Virus record (IMG/VR): IMGVR_UViG_3300002835_007523
Coordinates: 1 to 64,000 of that record
Length of the DNA stretch: 64,000 bases
DNA from: a virus
Reading direction: 5' to 3' (one strand)
Notes under the pieces: generated by a model
Seen by the model: the letters and a program-made list of their open reading frames with translations, nothing else
What the model was told of the DNA's origin: nothing
Databases searched by the model: none
Translations under genes and position numbers: made by a program
Shown here: positions 58,696 through 64,000 of the stretch, piece by piece
Numbering within the stretch: the first letter of the stretch is position 1
Layout of the letters: the number at the start of each line of letters is the position of its first letter

Positions 58696-59921
58696 TGGCA
58701 GCAGATAATGAGATTCGCCTCCTGTCAAAAGCAATACGAGATAGGGATATATCTCCACTTTTAGATCGAGGCATTCAAGACGGTTGGTTTTACGTAGATG
58801 AAAATAGGGCTGTTTGGAAGTTCCTACGGGAGCATGTAGCCAAGTATTCCGAGGTACCCACAGCAACTACCGTAAAGGATAATTTTCCTAACTTTAGGCT
58901 TTTAAACGTAGAGGACTCCCTGGAGTACCTGGTAGATCAGCTCTCTGAGTTTCGTATCCGCCAAAAGACCATAGAGCTGGTTCAGACGGCCGGAACCCTT
59001 ATTGCCGACGGAGATCATAGGGGAGCCCTTGAACAGGTCTCTATGGGCCTTGCAAAGCTCCAGGACGAGGGCGTAGGAAAGTCCTCAGACATAGACCTGA
59101 CCAAAGAGCCTCTAAGTCGCTTTGACGAGTACTTGAATATTAAAACCCGCCCTAACGGGCTCCTTGGCATGTCCACAGGATTTAAGGGTATAGACGTTGC
59201 AACTGCCGGTTTACAGCCCCAACAGTTAGTGACAATTGTTGCTCCCCCTAAAACTGGTAAATCAGTGCTCTCAATGCAGATGGCAGTAAATATTCATGAA
59301 GATGGTTTTGTTCCTATGTTTCAGTCTTTTGAAATGACTAATCTTGAGCAACAGAGACGACATGACTCAATGAGGGCGCACATCTCTCATTCTCGTTTAA
59401 TTCGTGGAGCTTTGAAACCAGAAGAAGAAGAGCGCTATAGACTGATGTTGGAACGCATGGAAAAAATGCACAACTTCTATTTAACGGATTCTGTCTCTGC
59501 CCTAACTTTAACTTCATTGTCTATAAAAATAGACAAGATTAGGCCTGATGCTGTTTTTGTTGACGGTGTTTATTTGATGGTTGACGAGATGACGGGTGAG
59601 TCAAATACCCCTATGGCGCTTACCAACATAACCCGCGGAATGAAGCGACTTGCACAAAAGCATAATGTTCCTATTGTCATGAGCACTCAAGCTCTTCGTC
59701 ACAAAATGCGTGGAGGAAAAGTTACCTCTGACTCAATCGGTTATTCGTCTTCCTTTGTCCAAGACTCTGACATAGTTATGACTTTAGAGCGTCAGGACGA
59801 GGAAGACGATAGTTCAAGAGTTCTTAGAATAGATAAAAGCCGTAATAGCGCTCCTGCAGAGATAGAGCTTTTGTGGGACTGGGAGGAAGGAAAGTTCCAA
59901 GAGTATGGACAGTCCATTTAA
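58695..59921 (+). CDS. dnaB: replicative DNA helicase (DnaB-like)
   Basis: TGF..ID...GL, APPKTGKS, SFEM, VFVDG, QDSD and K.R motifs; TAATG start at 58695. Confidence 0.92.
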   Translation: MAADNEIRLLSKAIRDRDISPLLDRGIQDGWFYVDENRAVWKFLREHVAKYSEVPTATTVKDNFPNFRLLNVEDSLEYLVDQLSEFRIRQKTIELVQTAGTLIADGDHRGALEQVSMGLAKLQDEGVGKSSDIDLTKEPLSRFDEYLNIKTRPNGLLGMSTGFKGIDVATAGLQPQQLVTIVAPPKTGKSVLSMQMAVNIHEDGFVPMFQSFEMTNLEQQRRHDSMRAHISHSRLIRGALKPEEEERYRLMLERMEKMHNFYLTDSVSALTLTSLSIKIDKIRPDAVFVDGVYLMVDEMTGESNTPMALTNITRGMKRLAQKHNVPIVMSTQALRHKMRGGKVTSDSIGYSSSFVQDSDIVMTLERQDEEDDSSRVLRIDKSRNSAPAEIELLWDWEEGKFQEYGQSI

Positions 59922-60147
59922 CGGAACTCAACTTTGTTCTAAAGTTGATGATCCTGAAATTTTCTTTCCAGAAGATTACTTAGATACTAAGCATCTTTCT
60001 ATGGTAAGGGCTATTTGTAACGGGTGCCCAATAATTTCTGGATGTTTAGAGTATGCGATAAAGGATCCTTCTTTAGAGGGTATCTGGGCTGGAACAACTC
60101 CTAGACAGAGATTAAAGATTCGTTCTAGAAGGAGACAGTCCGCATGA
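59905..60147 (+). CDS. whiB: WhiB-family transcription regulator
   Basis: C...DPEIFFP...C.GCP....CLEYA...GIWAG. Confidence 0.93.
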   Translation: MDSPFNGTQLCSKVDDPEIFFPEDYLDTKHLSMVRAICNGCPIISGCLEYAIKDPSLEGIWAGTTPRQRLKIRSRRRQSA

Positions 60148-60362
60148 GCTCTATACGACAGTTAAAGCCAGACTATACCGGCACGATGGAGTATGAAAAC
60201 CAGGTAATGCATGAGTGCCCGGTATGTGAGTCCACTATTTGGAATATAAAAGCGCAGTTTGAAGATTATGAAATATCAATGTACTTTTTAGATATGGAAT
60301 GCGCTAGTTGTGGGACGTATGCAAAGGCGCCTACTCCTTTAGATAGGCCAAATCTTGTTTAG
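60144..60362 (+). CDS. small zinc-ribbon protein
   Basis: CPVC...CASCG..A.APTP.D. Confidence 0.75.
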   Translation: MSSIRQLKPDYTGTMEYENQVMHECPVCESTIWNIKAQFEDYEISMYFLDMECASCGTYAKAPTPLDRPNLV

Positions 60363-61299
60363 TGACGGCATAGTAGAGGAGGCTGCAAGACGCCTTGGCA
60401 TAGTTACTTGGGGTAGGGGCGATGAGCTTCGCTCTAACTGTCCTATGCATCGTAAGCGCACAGGAAAAGAAGATGATAATCCCTCTTGGTCAATAAACGC
60501 TGTGTCTGGAGCCCATCACTGTTTTTCTTGCGGGTATAAGGGCAACTTAATAACTCTTGTATGTGAAATAAAAGAGTTAGATTACGATGATGCACGATCT
60601 TGGATATATTCAAACCTTGATGTAGATCTAGAAGCCTTATCTAAACAGCTTGAGGAAATAAAAGATTCTTATATACCTCCTGCTCAGCTTGTTCCTATGA
60701 GTGAGGCAAGGCTTGCTGTCTTTTCTACTCCGCCAGACTGGGCATTAGAGGCTAGGGGTTTGACTGAAGATGCATGCAAAAAGTATGGTGTTTTGTGGAA
60801 CACCAAGTCAAATGAGTGGGTACTTCCAATACGTGAGCCAGATAGCAATAAGCTTTTAGGTTGGCAAGAAAAGGGGCAAGTAACAAGGTCTTTTTTTAAC
60901 CGTCCTGTTGGAGTTCCTAAATCAAAAACTATGTTTGGTCTTAACGCCTGGCAAGGGGGAACAATGATCGTTGTTGAGTCTCCTTTGGACGCTGTAAAAC
61001 TAGAGAGCGTTGGAGTTTCTGGAGGGGTAGCAATATACGGCGCCTCGTACAGTTTTCAGCAAATAGATCTTATGAGAAGAGCTGATCGTTTAATCTTTGC
61101 GATAGATAATCCAGCCGTAGATCCTGCCGGTAAGAAGTCCTTCAATCAGTTTTTAGTTGACTCTAGAAAAAATGGGTTAGAGTTTCTTATGTTTAACTAC
61201 TCAGATCAATCAAAAGATATTGGAGATATGTCCGCAGAAGCAATACGTTTAGGAGTAACAACCGCTACACATTGTGTGCTTTTAAAGGAATTAAAGTGA
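60355..61299 (+). CDS. dnaG: DNA primase (CHC2 Zn finger + TOPRIM)
   Basis: CPMH...PSWSIN...CFSCG; VVESPLD; DN..D.AG; KDIGD. Confidence 0.88.
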   Translation: MFSDGIVEEAARRLGIVTWGRGDELRSNCPMHRKRTGKEDDNPSWSINAVSGAHHCFSCGYKGNLITLVCEIKELDYDDARSWIYSNLDVDLEALSKQLEEIKDSYIPPAQLVPMSEARLAVFSTPPDWALEARGLTEDACKKYGVLWNTKSNEWVLPIREPDSNKLLGWQEKGQVTRSFFNRPVGVPKSKTMFGLNAWQGGTMIVVESPLDAVKLESVGVSGGVAIYGASYSFQQIDLMRRADRLIFAIDNPAVDPAGKKSFNQFLVDSRKNGLEFLMFNYSDQSKDIGDMSAEAIRLGVTTATHCVLLKELK

Positions 61300-62885
61300 C
61301 ATTTACAGGAACTCTCCTTCCATATCAACCAGAGGCCGTAGACAAGATGTGCGATCGCGGCAAGGTTTTGGTTGCTTACGATTTAGGGCTAGGCAAGACA
61401 GTGTTGACTATAGCTGCGCTAGAGCGGTTGATGGACAACCGTTCCGTACGTGAGCCGGGTATAATCATCTGCTTGTCTAGCCTTAAATACCAATGGGCAG
61501 ACCAAATAAGGAGATTTACAAGTGATACTTCAAACCCTTTGGTCATTGATGGAACGCCAAAGCAAAGAGCAGCTCAGTATGCCAAAGCGCTCGACTGGGC
61601 TAATTCAGGGGTTGATTACATCATTCTCAATTACGAGCAGGTTGTTAACGACTGGGCTACCGTGTCCAAACTGCCAAGAGGATTTATCGTCTGTGACGAA
61701 GCAACAGCAATCAAATCCTTTAGATCAAAAAGATCAAAATACATAAAGAAGCTATCCAGTAATTATAAGTTTGCTCTAACAGGCACTCCCGTAGAGAACG
61801 GTAAGCCAGAAGAGTTATATTCAATAATGCAGTTTGTTGACCCAACTGTTTTAGGAAGATTTGATCTTTTTGATAAAACATTTATAGTTAGAAATCGTTT
61901 TGGTGGTGTTGAAAGATATAGAAATATAGACATCCTCAGTAAAACAATAAAAGACGCTGCAGTAAGAAAGCGTCAAGAAGATCCTGATGTATCTCCTTAT
62001 CTTCCCGACGTTATTACAAAAGAACCAATACTTGTTCCTTTTTCTAAAGCTGCCAAAGAAATTTATACTAAGATAACTGATGACCTTTTACTAGATCTAG
62101 ATGATGCTATGGAGTCCTTCGGTTCTTCATTTGACATATTTTCCCATTATGGTCAGGGAGATCAAGGCGGACCTATGGATGAACTCAGGGGAAGAATTAT
62201 GTCAAAACTAACTGCCTTAAGAATGTGGTGTGATCATCCGGATCTGTTAATACATTCCGGCAAGATTTACAACCCTATGCAGGGAGTGGGGTCTAAATAT
62301 GCGTTTGAGTGCATACAAGACGGTTTACTAGACGGTACTTGGAAGTCTCCAAAGCTTGAGATTTTAAAAAACTATGTAGACGAGTTCTTGTCTTTAGACG
62401 AAAGTAATAAAGTTGTTATATTTACTACCTACGTAAATATGGTTACTTTTATACAGCAGGCATTGCCGTATGAGTCTGTTATTTACACCGGCAAACTAAA
62501 TGCAAAAGAGAAAGAGTTAGCAAAAACAAAGTTTCAAACTTCACCAGATTGTAGAGTTTTTATATCCTCTGACGCCGGTGGATATGGTATAGATCTTCCT
62601 CAAGCAAATCTATTAATTAACTATGATTTACCATGGAATGCCGGGTTAGCGGTTCAGAGAAATGGTAGAATTAAGCGTGCCTCAAGCTCTTGGAAGAGCG
62701 TAGTTATTCAGGACATACTGATGGACGGATCTATTGAGCAGAGGCAACATGAGCTCCTAATACAAAAAGCCGCAGTAGCAAGCGCTGTAGTAGACGGTGC
62801 AGGATTAGATGATCGAGGCGGAATAAAACTAACGGCTGGATCTCTGAGGGCTTTTTTAGTTAATGCTTCAACAATTATAGTTTAG
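61296..62885 (+). CDS. SNF2-like SF2 helicase
   Basis: LPYQ, GLGKT, DEAT, LTGTP.EN and G..L..A...INYD.PWN...QR.GRI.R motifs. Confidence 0.9.
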   Translation: MTFTGTLLPYQPEAVDKMCDRGKVLVAYDLGLGKTVLTIAALERLMDNRSVREPGIIICLSSLKYQWADQIRRFTSDTSNPLVIDGTPKQRAAQYAKALDWANSGVDYIILNYEQVVNDWATVSKLPRGFIVCDEATAIKSFRSKRSKYIKKLSSNYKFALTGTPVENGKPEELYSIMQFVDPTVLGRFDLFDKTFIVRNRFGGVERYRNIDILSKTIKDAAVRKRQEDPDVSPYLPDVITKEPILVPFSKAAKEIYTKITDDLLLDLDDAMESFGSSFDIFSHYGQGDQGGPMDELRGRIMSKLTALRMWCDHPDLLIHSGKIYNPMQGVGSKYAFECIQDGLLDGTWKSPKLEILKNYVDEFLSLDESNKVVIFTTYVNMVTFIQQALPYESVIYTGKLNAKEKELAKTKFQTSPDCRVFISSDAGGYGIDLPQANLLINYDLPWNAGLAVQRNGRIKRASSSWKSVVIQDILMDGSIEQRQHELLIQKAAVASAVVDGAGLDDRGGIKLTAGSLRAFLVNASTIIV

Positions 62886-62893
62886 GAGAGATA

Positions 62894-63037
62894 ATGCCAA
62901 ACTCACCAAAGACTCCTACCCGCACAATTCGGGTTTCCAACGAGCTATGGGCTGCCGTTAAGGAGAGGGCTAAAATAGACGGGCGTACCGTCACAGACGT
63001 GATTATAGAGGCCCTAAAGAACTATATAAAGGACTAG
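62894..63037 (+). CDS. ribbon-helix-helix DNA-binding protein (not in track)
   Basis: AGGAG SD; MPNSPKTPTRTIRVSNELWAAVKERA...VTDVIIEAL..Y. Confidence 0.8.
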   Translation: MPNSPKTPTRTIRVSNELWAAVKERAKIDGRTVTDVIIEALKNYIKD

Positions 63038-63104
63038 GCTACCGGGTTGCACTTTGTCAGTGGGTGGGTATAAGCTATAGCAAAACTTACCTAGGAGGGT
63101 AATC

Positions 63105-63542
63105 ATGGCAAAAGTTGCTACACCACCACGCAAACCGAGCTCTAATCCATTGATGGTTAAAGTTCGTGAATTTATTTCATATAAAAAGCAAATAGATAAA
63201 CTATCTAAAGCGCAGGACGAGATTAAAAAAGATCTCATGCAAACCGTTGAAGAAATTGGAGAGGTCGATGATGCTGGTCATCAGTGGCTTCAACTTCCAG
63301 AAGAAGTAGACGGCTATGCTGCTCTACAGCGTCAGCGTCGTGTATCTCAAAAGCTTGATATGGATGCTGCTGAAGAGATCCTAAAGAAAAAGGGCCTATA
63401 CGAAAAGTGCGTAACTATGGTTCCTATGATTGAAGAGGACGCTGTTATGGGCGCCCTATATCTTGGTGAACTTACTGAGGAAGAAGTAGATCAGATATTC
63501 CCAAAGACTATAACTTGGGCATTCGTTCCTAAGAAAGCTTAA
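63105..63542 (+). CDS. hypothetical protein with coiled-coil N-terminus
   Basis: AGGAGG SD; upstream GGGTATAAG -10-like box. Confidence 0.75.
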   Translation: MAKVATPPRKPSSNPLMVKVREFISYKKQIDKLSKAQDEIKKDLMQTVEEIGEVDDAGHQWLQLPEEVDGYAALQRQRRVSQKLDMDAAEEILKKKGLYEKCVTMVPMIEEDAVMGALYLGELTEEEVDQIFPKTITWAFVPKKA

Positions 63543-63548
63543 TATTTT

Positions 63549-64000
63549 ATGCCTGATGTAATTGACAAAATGTTCGGAGAGGTGGGAGAGTTCTACCCCG
63601 GCTCTAAGAAAAAGAGACGTCCAAAGTCAGGTGAACAAAAAAAAGTAAATAACGAAAAAGAACTCTGGCAAGAAAAGCCTCAAGTAAAGAAACTTCCAAA
63701 TGGAAAAGTAGTAGAGCTCTACAGCGTAGGCGCTTTATCTGTTGCATTAGGAAGACCTTTAGTTACTCTTCGTTTATGGGAGAGAAAGGGCTATATTCCC
63801 AGAGCTCCATACAGACTAAAATCTGTAGTTGTTGGCGATAAAAAGAGGCCAGGCAATCGCATGTATAGCCGTGCTATAATTGAGTCAACAATAAAGAGTT
63901 TTCAATCTCGGGGACTTCTCGAAGCCCCCAGGATTGATTGGAATCGCTTTCCTGATCTTTCAATAGAACTATTGGAGAACTGGACAGAGATTCACAAAAA
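63549..64000 (+). CDS. MerR-like HTH protein, partial (runs off window end; not in track)
   Basis: YSVGALSVALGRPLVTLRLWERKGYIP...R.Y. Confidence 0.75.
   Translation, partial: MPDVIDKMFGEVGEFYPGSKKKRRPKSGEQKKVNNEKELWQEKPQVKKLPNGKVVELYSVGALSVALGRPLVTLRLWERKGYIPRAPYRLKSVVVGDKKRPGNRMYSRAIIESTIKSFQSRGLLEAPRIDWNRFPDLSIELLENWTEIHK

Overview
A 64-kb segment of a tailed dsDNA bacteriophage with a contractile tail (myovirus). The WhiB gene and moderate GC point to an actinobacterial host, and a low-GC freshwater lineage is plausible but inferred. Almost everything is on the + strand, in this order: (1) a divergent boundary (1-780) with a partial minus-strand gene, a ~300-nt structured leader and a 9-bp phased repeat; (2) Hsp20, a proteasome-beta/HslV-like protease and many Lys-rich or tiny ORFs; (3) a large surface-type protein, membrane proteins, a lipoprotein, a CHAP endolysin and a minus-strand secreted lysozyme-like gene; (4) terminase, portal, scaffold and major capsid protein; (5) a ~18-kb fibre/decoration region with collagen-like proteins, glycosyltransferases, a methyltransferase and a 32-Cys protein; (6) neck, sheath, tube, chaperone, tape measure and baseplate; (7) a replication block (initiator-like, DnaC-like loader, DnaB, WhiB, primase, SNF2 helicase). 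No rRNA, canonical tRNA, CRISPR array, integrase or reverse transcriptase was seen. The best candidates for undescribed biology are hairpins with anti-Shine-Dalgarno loops that match ribosome-binding sites of the phage's replication genes, a nested out-and-back Cys-knot fibre with its Cys-rich partner, two unrecognised structured RNAs, and a collagen-fibre glycosylation cassette. All calls are from motifs read by eye; no searches were run.
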